DNA of 64,000 nucleotides from Raja brachyura. Lineage: Eukaryota. The translations under genes and the position numbers were made by a program. Numbering within the stretch: position 1 is the stretch's first letter; each line of letters begins with the position of its first letter. Where the stretch lies: contig OY740809.1 in the NCBI GenBank assembly GCA_963514005.1, forward strand, positions 18,352,001-18,416,000, in the 5' to 3' direction. Below the pieces are notes generated by a model that had not been told where the DNA came from, searched no databases, and worked only from the letters and a program-made list of their open reading frames with translations. This document shows, in pieces, positions 50,633 through 63,560 of this stretch.

Positions 50633-52700
50633 AGTCACACCATGCCGTTTGGCAGGAGCCTGTCTTTAACTTCAACTTCACTTCTCATATTCGAGGGAAG
50701 ATGAAACCAGACTATGGGCATAATTTGAATCCTGCTGTCTGGTCTCAGTTCTAGCAAGCATTAACATTCCTCTTGTGTTCCTTTATGTTGTCACGGTGGA
50801 CCAATTATATTTTCTTCAGTTTTTAATTGAAGCTGCAGTCGAACATATTTTGTGCACATGTTCTTTATAACGCATCTGACCATGTCACACCGAGGAAGCA
50901 TAATGTGGTAAACATCCCACATTCATTTTTATTTTTCAACTTTTTTTTCACTAGGAAACTGTGTTTCACCAGGACTAAGGACTAAACACCAGACCTGTGA
51001 CCCAGTGAAATTTTCATCATGCACTTTCACTGTAATTAACTTTCCATAATGCTCCTTGCCAGTGATGTATTCTTAACGTGTTAAATTTCACAGAGGCATT
51101 GTGACTGTAGCTGAATTTGTCTTAGGAATTAGTTTTTTTTAGAAGATGTCAGATTTACACACAAATCTGTGAGAGTCCAAAAACCAAAATCCGAATTTCC
51201 ATAGGAAATGGTTGGGAAAAAGCTGAGCTCAGTTGTTACTCGACTCGGTTATCCCTGGTATTCCATAAAAGTTTTCATTTGGAGATTGGGGTGGGATGAT
51301 TGATTGAAAACCATCCCTTTGCTTCTGGGACCTGAGTCTGAATCCAGCGCAAAACCCCTATCAGAAAACAACGTGACTTTGGTGGCAAAAGACACGCGAG
51401 CGAACCATAGAGTTACCAAACATAAGCAGCTCATCTCTGTCTCTCTGTTCATGGCCGCAAGAGGAAAGCTGAACCTAGTTCTCAGTAAGCATGAGTCCAC
51501 AGCACAAAACCTTGCCCATACCCTGCCGCTCACTCCTGCTGAATGAGTAGGCTGAGCTGACGTAAGAAGGGCTATAATGCCAGGCAAAGGGCTGGCCCTT
51601 CAGAGGGTCCAATTACTCATGTTGCTAGGACAATGTAGAGGAAGGTTTGCTGTCCGTCTGCCTGTGGGTATGTTTGACCTGGGAGAGATTGATTCTGACA
51701 GTGGGTGGGAACAAAGAGGAAACATGTGCCCTCTTCAACACTGTTAGGCCTCACTTGAGCACAATATTGTATTTTTAAAAAATGTGAATTTTAAAAATAT
51801 TATCATCCCCAAATTTTTTGATTAAGATCAGATTTACCCTGTGCATCAGCACTTGAGAGTAAGGAATGCAGAGAAAGTCGAGATAATAAGAAGAGCATAC
51901 CAAAATGGGGGAAAAGAATATACCAAAAGCTACAATGGAAATGATGATGCGGAGAGAAGGGGTTGGAAGCTTCAGCCAATATGTCCGAGTTGCTGCTGTG
52001 ACAATTTATTCACAGCGACCTAGAAAGTGTGAAATGGTTGTATTTGCATGTTAAGGTAATGCCGGGATGCATAGACTGAGAAAAGTGTGTAAAATGCAGT
52101 AGGCTGTATAGTGGCAAAAATTATTTGGGCTAAATCTCAAAGAGAATGAATGCGCGTTGTTTTGAAATTCCATAATATCAAGTGGCATATGATATTAAAC
52201 AGCATGATAAGCAGGGTCACTAAATGCAATGTTAACACAATTCCTGTGAAGATAGTCATGGGAGGAGCAGCCAGCAGAAGGATTGCAGAGGTCCTTGTTG
52301 CCGAGATGGCTGCAGTTTTGAAACGGTAATATTTCACATGCTGATTATCACTGGCCAACTATTCTTACTGATGGAACTGATCTCTATCAAAATCTTTCAG
52401 TGGATGGTTCAATCCTTGTCTGTATGGAAAGCCTTCAGCTAATTCTTCTACTCTGACTTTTATATCTGTACATGGAAGCCGACAAATGACTCGAGGCAAG
52501 TGTGATGACAACTGGCTTCTATATATAAAGATTTCTGCTGGTAGAGAATCGTCAATTGTTCTTCACATTCATTCACTATACAGATAGCTCTATACAGATA
52601 GGTCGTCCTGCAGGTTTTGTACCACATACTGGGGTATGACCCCCATGTACTTACGTAAGTTACCAATCAGTTCCAAATAACTCTGGACATTAATAATAAA
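50633..52700 (+). other. Probable 3' UTR of DLGAP3; candidate polyadenylation signal AATAAA at 52695-52700
   Basis: About 2 kb after the stop codon with no recognisable interspersed repeat; repeats resume after ~52.7 kb. The true end is not determinable (another AATAAA at 54635-54640). Confidence 0.4.
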
Positions 52701-52849
52701 TTTATAAACAGAAGGCACTGGAAATACTCAGTGGGACAAGTAGTACTTGTGGTGAGCGAACCAGAGTTTTTGGGGTAGAAATTTGACCTCTAACGAATGG
52801 ATTAAATGTATGATATATCACATGCACTGTCTCTAAACTTAACTTCCTC

Positions 52850-53146
52850 GAGTCATACAGCATGGAAGCAGGCCTTTCGGCCCACTGAGTCTGTGCCAAC
52901 CATCCACCATTCCCTTCGGTACACTAATCCCATTTTATTCTCCCCACATTCCCATTCACAGCACTCTGATTCACCTACACATCAGGGGGGAAATTTAAGG
53001 TGGCCAGTATCCCACCAAACTGCAGGATGAAACGGGGGGAAAACGATGCAGTCAAATGAACGAGGAAACTACACATAGCCTGCACCGGATAACAAGAGTG
53101 AACCAGATTACTGGAGTTGTGAGGCAGTTTCACTGAATGTGCCACG
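52850..53146 (-). mobile_element. tRNA-derived SINE, degraded
   Basis: caggcctttcggcccactgagtc... through gaggcag. Confidence 0.65.
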
Positions 53147-54947
53147 ATGAAATCAGTCATTTGAAAAGCAGAGTTCAATACACATGCACGACACATTTAA
53201 CGAGTCTCCATTCTAAAGTTTCAGGTGTAATAACGTGACGTTCTGACAAAAGGTCAATGATCCAAAACTTTGACTCTGTTTCTGCTGCCACAGGTGTATC
53301 CTGACCTCCTGTATGTTTCCAGCATTGTTTGATTTTATATCGGATTTCTAGCATCTGCAGTATTATTGCGTAGGAATTGTGATTTTTTTTTTCATGTCCA
53401 CATCAAAATCATCACAGGTTCCAAATTTGATTGGCATCCTAAAAATGCGTCAGCCACTCGATTGCAAAGAGTATTGAGATGTGTGCCCTGTATTCAAGTT
53501 AGCAAACAAAATGACTCCGATCACCAACATAGGATCTGCAACAAATGTTTATCAACGTGTTGTGTTTGAATTTACAGAAAGGAATGAGCTTGATGGGCCC
53601 AATCACTTTCCCCTTTAGCTCTGTATCCACTGCACTGTCAAACAATGGCATAGCATGACAGGATCCAGGGGTATCTCTTAAAAACATTGTTTCCCCAGAT
53701 CCTGTCAGTCTATTTTGCCCTGTAGATCTGCATTGTATAAAGCACATCCTGAGGTGCCATTTCGTTACTCTGTTTGACTGAAAGATCTTTACAACATGCT
53801 TCAGAGGTCTAATATAATAAAGTTAGGCTATTTGGAGGAACCAGGTTGTCAGACAATGCATCTAAAACCAGACTCTTCCAGTGTCTCGGTCATTGACTTG
53901 GAAATGCACATAAAGAAATATTCTTACCAAATATAAACTCTATTCATAGCTTTTTGTTCCATAAAATTAATTAGTTTCTCATCCATAATATATATCATAG
54001 CCTGTCAGGCAGTGAAGTTCTCAAAAAAAATCCTCAATATTAGTATCTAGGTAGAACAAAATGATATCTAATGTAATGGTTTTTATGTAGCAGCAGCTAA
54101 TAATCCTTGTTTACAACATCATACGTAGGCAAGGAAGACTTCAGCTGAATACCACCAATGACTCTTCTTTAGCTGATGAATTAGTACTCTTCCATGCTTA
54201 ACACCTCTTGCAAGAGCACATAGCAAGGGGGCAGAATCCATGCTGAGTGATGAGGGCTTTGGCTTCAGTGCCTACCATGAAGAATGGGTTGGGTAGCATC
54301 ACCGATGATCATGCTTGCCAGATCCTGAAAGACATAGATGAACCTTGCCCTCATTTAGCCATCTGTTTTGGATTTCTAATTCCATGCAATATTGGTTGTA
54401 ATGTTTGTATTGTCTTCACACTGGGTGTACTGTGCATTTTGTTTTCTGCCATCATCACCATACCTCACAGAATAGATTCAGAACTGAGCTTGTGGGTCCA
54501 CACTGTGTTCCACTACAAATTTAGTTCATGGGATAACAAATCCCTCGTTCCACCATTACTGCCAAGCAAAATGACGATGCCCGCATGTGTAAGCAATGCA
54601 AATGGAAGTTCACTGTGCAGCTGCATATGTGACAAATAAAACACTTTTTAATTATTGGAGCCAGGGCACCAAACGGGACAATTAGGAGTATAAAAACAAA
54701 AATGCATTCTCAGAGCAGCATAACGTGAACCCAAAATTGAGGTTTTGTGCTGCATGCTGTATGCTTGCTAAATGGTGAAAGCAGCATGCAGTGAACGGAA
54801 CAGCGCGGTGCCGCAGCGACAGAGTTGCTGCCTTGCAGCGAATGCAGCGCCAGAGACCCGGGCTGAGGACACTCAATACATTCCAAGCTAGGGCTTTAAT
54901 AACCTCCCAGTTGTAATGCTGCAAATAGCAAGCTTGAAATCCCACGC

Positions 54948-55343
54948 AGGCCACGGTGGCACAGCGGTAGAGTTGCTGCCTTACAGCGAATGCAGCGCCA
55001 GAGACCCGGGTTCGATCCCGACTTTGGGTTCTGTCTGTACGGAGTTTGCGTATTCTCCCCGTGACCTGCGTAGGTTTTCTCCGGGATCTTCAGTTTCCTC
55101 CCACACTCCAAAGACGTACAGGTTTGTAGGTTACACAAAAAGCTGGAGAAACTCAGCGGGTGCAGCAGCATCTAAGGAGTGAAGGAGATAGGCGACGTTT
55201 CGGGTCGAGACCCTTGGCTTGGTAAATGTAATAATTGTCCCTAGTGGGTGTAGGATAGTATTAATGTGCGGGGATCGCTGGTCGGTGTGGACCCGGTGGG
55301 CCGAAGGGTCTGTTTCCACGCTGTATCTCTAAACTAAATTAAA
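54948..55343 (+). mobile_element. Young tRNA-derived SINE with internal minus-strand Penelope-end insert (~55131-55215)
   Basis: CpG-rich, intact B box ggttcgatccc. A 5' fragment of the same variant (cagcgaatgcagcgcc) lies at ~54802-54862. Confidence 0.9.
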
Positions 55344-58300
55344 CACCTCTAGCCAAGTTGTTCCAGCACAGCTACAGTACTGACATCTATCCTACAAAGT
55401 GCCCAAGATGTTCTGTACACAAAAAGCAGGGCAAACTACCCACAATCATCAGCAGATGCAGAGGCCGTGTTATTGATTGTGCTGCCAATGGGTCTTATTA
55501 ACTGATAACCTGCTCACCTTGGGTTCCAAAGTGAAGATACGTGTTGACCACATTCTCCTAGTCTCTCGTCAAAAATTCATAGATAATAGAGCACCCCATG
55601 TTCAAATAAATTCATGGACAGGCTGGAGGTGGCAAATCGAATGCACGACAACCAAGTGGCAGGTGTTGACAATTCACAAGGAGAGTGACTAACAAGCTTG
55701 AAATTCAACAGCCTTACCAGAAATCAAACTGGATCAGATAATATACGTATCTTGGTTGCGAGAACAAAAGAAAAGATGAGTAATCTGCAGTGAGTGACTC
55801 CTGACAATCTAAAATAATTCTCATTTCATCGAGCACATATCAAGAGTTTGATGGAATGCACTCCATTTTGCACAGCTCCAGCAGCCCAAGAAACTCAACA
55901 ATCAAGGACTGCGCAGCCCTCTTGATTGATATCCTGTCCTAACACTACATATTCATTCCTATTGTCACTATGTATCATGCAGACAGAATGGACCACCTAC
56001 AAAATGCCCTGCAATTACTCACCAGGACTTCTTTAACAGCACCACACAAATTTACAAACCTCTACAAACTGGAAGATTCCAGGGCACTATCAAGTTACCC
56101 TCAAAGTCGCAGATCAATGTGACTTTGAAACACATTGCCATTTCTCTATTATTTTTGAGAATAAATTCTAACTGTTGAATAAATTCTCAAACTCACCCTT
56201 AACAGCAATGTAGAAGCACCTTCTCCATAAGGACTTTTGCAATTCAAGGTGATAATGACTTTCTCAAGAGTATTTAGTGAAGGACATTAGATGCTGACTT
56301 TCACAGCGGTTCATAATAATAAGTACTCTAACTGAAAAATGTACAAGGCTATTGGAAAAGAGCAAGAGGAACCAATTTAATATCTCTTTCAAAGAACCAG
56401 TATGAGCATAATGAGCCAAATGATCACCTTTTGTGCAATGCTATTCACTTACTTAGAAGTTGGAATTAGTTTTAATAAGAAATATTTAATTATTTTAATA
56501 ACTTGACATATTATAAACTCATATGAGGTTACATTCATAGCTGAATTTTTAAATTATTTTATACTTTGGATTTGAGCTGTTAATCTACCTATTTAGTTTC
56601 GGACGAATTGTACAGTTGTGTACATTTTCATTGTTACTTTAAGTTTACTCCTTATTTCTCATTCTTTTCAAAGCTAGCAGTTGACTGAGTTTTAACTGTT
56701 GACACTGCATGTAATTTGAGTCGAAAAAATAATTCAATGCCTGCTTCAAGCTAACTTTTGAGTTGCGAGTATATTCTCCACCTAATTGCCAGAGCTATAA
56801 ATTAGTGTTAGGTTCTTAATGGTGGGGGTTTCCACTTAGATTGATTAGGGGTTTCAACCAAGAAAAAAAATACTGCTAACAGAATTATGTTTTGTGTTCA
56901 GGAATTTTACACCATTATTGATTAAAGGATTGGCACATGCAATCTATAAAGGATCTGATTATTTAATGTTTGCAGATACAAATGAGAGGAACATGATTTG
57001 CTCTTGGCTCTAGCTGCAGTGGCTGGAATTCAGTTTTAATCCCATCTGCTGTTTAAAAATGAATGCTGCTAAATAGTGTTTTGCACATTAAATGTTAAAA
57101 TAGGAGCCTTTATTAGTTAGAAGTCTGATGTGTGCATTAAACCCAGATGAACAGGGTTTCGTGTACAGGAAACCAAGTGGAGAAAGGAAGGAGTTTCGAG
57201 TGGAGTAAATAAAAGTAATCTCCTTTCATTGAAAGAAGCAGGACAGATCCATTGATGGAAATAAGCCGACGTGAGCAACAATGGATATTGTAGCATATCT
57301 TCTTGTTGGTGGGTTATCGGGAATTGAACTACTCAATCATTTTCACAGTGGGGGTAAAATAAGTAAAATAATTTTATTGTAAATGAAATGTGATTTCCCC
57401 CTTTTTAAAGTTACTTATTTTAGAATCAAGCTTCAGTCACATACTGTATTATTATATGCATCAAGCTTCCATCACATACTGTAGGATGGGTTAGCAAGAA
57501 ATGAAACAATGTCAGTGCAAAATGATTTGAAATTGACGGTGGGGCTTAAGTGAATGGGATGTAGCAGACTCATTGCATCCAATGAAACATATTTTAACTC
57601 TCCTGTTAAGAAACATATTCCCAAACACTTTAATGGATTTTCTACTTTCTACCTTCTAAAATAGACAAGAGACTATAGGTGCAGGAGTAGGCCATTCGGC
57701 CCTTCGAGTCGGCACCGCAAAATCCAGCTGTAACTATGGTCGATCATCCTATGTAAAGAGCAGGGCTATGTATCAATGTTCAACTGGAGTAATAAAATTA
57801 TGAGTTCTGTGTCACAAAACTAAAAACAAAATTGTAATAAAATGACCAAAGGTGCCAAACGAGAAATCCCATACAGCTTAATCGGGGAGCTAGTTATTAT
57901 TCTGTGAAATGTCATTGTGTCTTAATCACTGAGTTCTTTAGACAAGAACGCAGACTAATTGAAACATTTTTTTTTCCTATTTTTAAGAATGCTCTGACCG
58001 AGAAATTTTTATTTAGTATTGCTGTAAAATGTCTTTCATCTTTTCAAAATTCCATACAAATGTTGTCATTTTATATGCATTCAGTGTTTACAAAAGAAGA
58101 TAAAAATATCACATACATTATTACCATCCATATACAGAATGACTAAGTTTCTGAAGTAATTAACTGTCTGTGAAGTGCATTGGGAATCCCGCAGGCCAAC
58201 AAGACCATACAAATGCAAGCTCTTTCCTTTTCCCTTTCACCACATGAAGCCACTGGGCAACATTGTAGGTTATTGGTTTCAGTGATCCTTATTCATTTTG

Positions 58301-58716
58301 TTCACTGTTGTTCTGCGTAATAAATGAATCCTTCTTCTATTTACATACATTATGTCTGTCCCTGTATTTTTCTGTGCAGAATCCCATTTGGGACTGGGAG
58401 AACTGAGAATGGTTATTCCTATCAAATGAGCCAAAAATCAATGTGAGAACAAATGTAGGAAGTTGCCAGAACCACTGGGATACCCCGACACAGTGGGGGA
58501 GAATCTCATTGCCATATTTATGGAAATTTCTTGTACCATTGAGAGAACTTCTAGGATATGTTTGTTTTGAAGATGAGCTAGGGTGCACAGTGCCAAGGAA
58601 TTATTTAACTGATTACAGTGGACGCAAACACCTGTCAGTTATTTTTGCTACAAATAGGCCTTGGCTTTTCAGAGACCATAGCCTCGAGGCTCAAACAGCA
58701 GTAGCTTCAGGTACTA

Positions 58717-59085
58717 TGTGTAGGAAGGAACTGCAGATGGTTTAAACCGAAGATACACACAAAATGCCGGAGTAACTCAGTGGGACAGGCAGCATCACTG
58801 GAGAGAAGGAATGGGTGACGTTTTGTGTCGAGACCCTTCTTCAGACTATCAACAGTGATGCAGAGAGTTATAGAACAAATTAATTAAAGATATTTAGATT
58901 GTTACTTTTTTGCATATCTATCATTCATTTGTTCTATATCTCTCTACATCACTGACTATATATCTCTCGTTTCCCTTTCCCCTGACTTGTCTGAAGAAGG
59001 GTCTCAACCCAAAACATCACCGATTTCTTCTCTAAAGAGATGCTGCCTATCCCGCTGAGTCACTCTGGCATTTTGTGTCCGTCTT
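58717..59085. mobile_element. Long inverted Penelope 3'-end structure with degenerate TSD
   Basis: Minus arm 58717-~58895, plus arm ~58900-59085. Flanked by tagcttcaggtacta (58702-58716) and tagcttcaaatgcta (59086-59100). Confidence 0.8.
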
Positions 59086-59550
59086 TAGCTTCAAATGCTA
59101 GTCATTGTATCAGCTGTGCCTGCCTTTACCCTAGGGCTCAGCCACTGAACCTGCACCAAGATTTGAAAGCTGGGGATATTGTAGGTATAAACCCAGAGAG
59201 ACCATGTCACTGCCCTCTACTTCATTGTCTTTATGTGCAACGGGTGGAGTTTTCCGTGTGGCTCCATGGGTCCTCCAAGGCAACGTTCAAGACCAACATC
59301 TGCAGCTGATGTTCAAATCTTATTTTGTAGTTAATATACTAAATATGGTATAGGTGGCCAAAATGTGCATTTTCTATAATTCAATGCATTTAAACTAACC
59401 AAATTTTCTTGCATCCTGCAAATGTGGAAATAACAGTGGAAGTAACAGCAAATAAATTCAATATCAGTGTAAAGGATGCGGCTACACAGCCCTCAGGGTG
59501 TTCTTTTGATCTTCAATTCCAGACAAAGGTTTGCTGAAACTTTAGTGGTT

Positions 59551-59805
59551 CATAAGTTTATAAGAACAGGCCCATCGAGTCTACTCTGCCATTCAATCAT
59601 GGCTGATCTTTCTTTTCCGCAACCCAATTCTCCTGCCTTCTCCCCATAACCTTTGATGCCCTTACTGATCAAGAACCTGTCAATCTCCGCTTTAAAAATA
59701 CCCAGTGACTTGCCCTCCAGGGCCATCAGTGACAACGAACACCACAGATTCACCACCCTCTGACTAAAGAAATCACTCCTTTCTAAAGTTACGTCCTTTT
59801 ATTCT
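59551..59805 (-). mobile_element. CR1 LINE 3' fragment
   Basis: Minus ORF 59550-59756 reads VNLWCSL...IFKAEIDRFL. Confidence 0.8.
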
Positions 59806-62191
59806 GCATACTTATTGCATCAGTGAAACAGTCACAAATTAATTTGTGGAATAGTTTAACTGGCAGAAATAATACGCACTGGCCATCTCTATTACTCCAG
59901 ATGTGGGTGGCTGCTAGGTTGTGATCCCAGGAATACACATAGCACAGACCAAACTAAGATTGTGGATTTCTTTCCTCAAGAGTATTAATCAACAAGTCAT
60001 TAATGTTGATGCTAAATTTTTCATTTCAGGTTTATTAACTGAAACATCCAACTATCACAATGGTGTTCATGCCCCAGATCATTGGTCCGGGCTATTGATA
60101 GTAGATCAGTGGTCTACCACCCCATCATTGCAATATGTGAGGCTTTAGTTACAAGACCAAACTTGAGAACAGGAGTTTGTGTTCCAATATATATATTTTT
60201 TTTTTTGCAATAATTTCCAGAATCCATATCATAGGGATATCTGAGGTAAAAGAAAACAGTGGGCTTCCTGGCACACAGATGCTTATAAAGGTGGCTGCAA
60301 ACAGTGTTCATTGATGGATGGTGACAGTATGGTAGTTGATTGTATGGTGATGGTCTTCTTGAGCCGTATGCAAAAAATATATTTCACTGTACTGAGTACA
60401 TGTGGTAACAAAGAAACCATTGACCATTGGATATCAGGTGGGAAAGATTACATTCAGTTGTTCTTAGTGAGATAAATCAATGTCTTCTAGACAATCGGCA
60501 AGTGTACCATTTCCTCATGAATATAAGATGTGTAAGGTAATTCAGTCTTCACTGTAATATTCGATACAGTTCAGTAGCCAGACAATAATGGACATTCACT
60601 TTGCCTGGCCATCTGCCTGATGACACCTCAGCAAAATGCCGGTGGATGTTTTTCGACTTTGACTATGCTTCTGAACCTGCTCCATGGCAATATTTGACAA
60701 TCTTCAGAAGAGGAGAGCAAATGGAAGCATTAAAATAAGGTTTAAATGTCCCTGTAAGTGACACATTGAAACAAAGCCCACCCACCCCACCTTAATTAAT
60801 CCCATTTAAAAATAATCTACTTATTAATCGGTGAATGCATTTCCTTCTGTATGCAAGGCCACCAATTTGTCAAAGTATTGAAGGTCAATGGGGCATGAAG
60901 GGCTCTGAAAACAGATATCATTGAAGTCAGTCTTAGGTACTTTTAGCGACTCCTATTGCTTTTATGAAAGGAAATGAGGTTGAATGATGCATTGCTATAA
61001 TAAGTAGTTGATTGTCACAAATCAAAATATTACTTCCTGCATATATTGAAGCTTCTCAATAAACGGTTGCAGTAGAAACAGAAAATTACTGCAATTGAGC
61101 TAATTGTTCATTAAATAAACACCTCTGACCATATACAACATTGAATGAAACCTTAGAATTTATTATTGTGCGTTAGCATGATTTGTAAATGTGTCGAGGA
61201 GTGCAGACAATACTCAGGCTTTGGCCATTAAATATATTTGAGACAATGATTCGACTGGGCATCACTGATAGTAAGAGATATCCTGATAAAGTGGAAATCA
61301 GTTCTGTGAGAGGTAATTGTCTATTTGTTTTAGAAAGTGAACTTGTTTAAGATATATCAGGTGTCGGTCTCCTAATCGTTTCTTGTTATGGTTTGCAGTG
61401 ATCAATACTGCATCTAAAGGCATTTTTCAACCACCATGGAGGCTAACTGCAGAAACAGTCTTATCCAAAACAAATTACATTTAAACAGCATTCCGTCCCT
61501 CAGAGTTCTTTTAGAAAAATTTGTTTAGAAAAATTGATGCTTCCTCCCACAGAAACTTACTTTTTAATATATTTTAAAGCTTCTTTCAAGATTTCCTTTG
61601 TCAGATCTCCAGTGACCACGCTTCTCACTGTTTCATTTGAAAGTACAAAAGTTAATTAGATCATGTGATAGGAGCAGAATTAGGCCATTCAGCCCATCAA
61701 GTCTACTCCGCCATTCAATCATGGCTGATCTTTCTCTGCCTTAAAAATATCCATTGAGTTGGGCTCCACAGCCTTCAGTGGCAATAAATTTCACTGAATT
61801 GGATTTTAATTGACTGTAGAAATAATTCATAGTTTTGGTTTTAATTATATGCAGAGCAGGGGACCAGAGATTACTGGAGAATATAACATGCTGCCCTTAT
61901 CCTAAAATATATTCCATTAAAGTTTCAATAAGGCTTTATAGAGTTTGTTTCTCAAGGTTTATGTGTCAAAAGCAATTACTATGTCCTTGTTACCCATAAA
62001 GCAGTTAATAAATGTAATTGATCTCACTGATGCCACATTCACACTTCTATTTTACAGTGTTTCATAAAAATTCATTTAAAGCCTTTCACAAATAATTATT
62101 GCATAGAATAATGCAATAGTTTAAACTTTTTTTAATGGGAATGTGAGTGAGGTGGCACTGCATACATACAATATTATATAAGTGTCTGTCC

Positions 62192-62201
62192 ATATATATA
62201 T

Positions 62202-62254
<53 letters not shown>
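62192..62254. repeat. Compound (TA)n(CA)n(TA)n microsatellite
   Basis: Direct reading. Confidence 0.95.
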
Positions 62255-62256
<2 letters not shown>

Positions 62257-63102
62257 TTCATTGATTGTACAAAATGAGACATTGATAAATATCTATCATT
62301 TGTACAATCTATATATATCAATGTATCCTTATGTACAATCAATCAATATATGCCATATTTAAATTGTTTACATAATGAAATGCACAATACCTATAAATCA
62401 ATATAGCTATGTCCTTGCTATTAGGCCTGTACCTGTCTCTATAAATAAATGTAAAGATAGATTTTGCGACATATAGAGTATTTTAGATAAGATTTTTTAT
62501 TGGTAGTCTCAAATCTGGCTGCCTATATTACAATCTGGACAACTGCCCATCTATGTTTAGGTGTCAATCTATCTATCTTTAGAACAAGAGCAACATCTCC
62601 TATTTTTTCACCAGTACACTTGACTGTTCTCCAATTATTTACAGGCTAGAAATGAATTCTGACAAAACATGATTGCAGTGTGGAGACTTTTGTATGCAAA
62701 ATTATAGTTTTAATCTACAGACTGTTTGATGCATATGGAAACAAATACCACAAATAATTCAACCAGAATGTCACTTCGTGTCAGAAATGTAGATTATTAG
62801 TAATATTGAAAAATACAGTTTTGTGTTTATGTTGTTAATTTGATTATCTGCTTTGCTTATTGTGATATTTTTGCAAAAGGCACTGATTTAAAAAAAATCT
62901 CTTCTGGATCTAAATGGATCAGCAATGTACTCAGCACTGTACATTCTACATGACAGTTTCCTATGGTTGACTGAAAGAAAAAAGGCTCATTTTGCCTCAG
63001 TATTAAAATTATTAGATAACACAAATTGTCAAACAAACGTTAACCACACATTTCTAATTATGTTAAACAATAAATGCCCTTGGTCAACCCTGTACATTTC
63101 TA

Positions 63103-63560
63103 GGTGTGGAAATAATGAACTGCAAATGCTGGATTACAAAAATGGACACAAAGTGCTGGAGCAACTCAGCGGGCCAGGCAGCATCTCTGGAGAATATGGA
63201 TAGGTGAATTTCAGATCGGGACCCTTCTTCAGACTGATTGTATGGGGGGCGAATAAACCTGGGCAGAGAGGAGAGGCAGGACCAAAGATCCTATAGCTAT
63301 AGGATCTTTGGGCAGGACAAAGGGTTATAGGTAATAGGTGAACACAGACATTGAGGGTTTTGATAGGCAGATGGCTGGAGCAAAACAGAAGGTGTGAGAC
63401 GCAAGGATCGAAGAGTCGCGAATTGTGACGCCAGAAGAAGGAATATGGGTGGAGGGGGAGGAGGAAGGGAGAAATAAGTGTGAGACCAGATGGGGCACAG
63501 GGAGGTGGTGGTAGAATAAAGAAGGGGTGTGGGGAAGAAGGGGGAGGGGTGGTTTAGAAA
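63103..63560 (-). mobile_element. Penelope-like 3' fragment
   Basis: Terminal repeat (gacccttcttcagac at ~63220) followed by purine-rich UTR complement similar to 22050-22350. Confidence 0.75.
63283..63310. mobile_element. 28-bp perfect palindrome with 8-bp TSD (collapsed TIR-only DNA transposon)
   Basis: CAAAGATCCTATAG|CTATAGGATCTTTG flanked by GGCAGGAC at 63275-63282 and 63311-63318. Confidence 0.75.

Noticed and set aside
54948-55030. tRNA-like sequences with A and B boxes (also 18170, 8990-9075)
   Set aside because: They continue into SINE core and tail sequence, so they are SINE heads and not tRNA genes.
62121-62362. ORFs with YIYIYI runs
   Set aside because: Translation of the (TA)n microsatellite.
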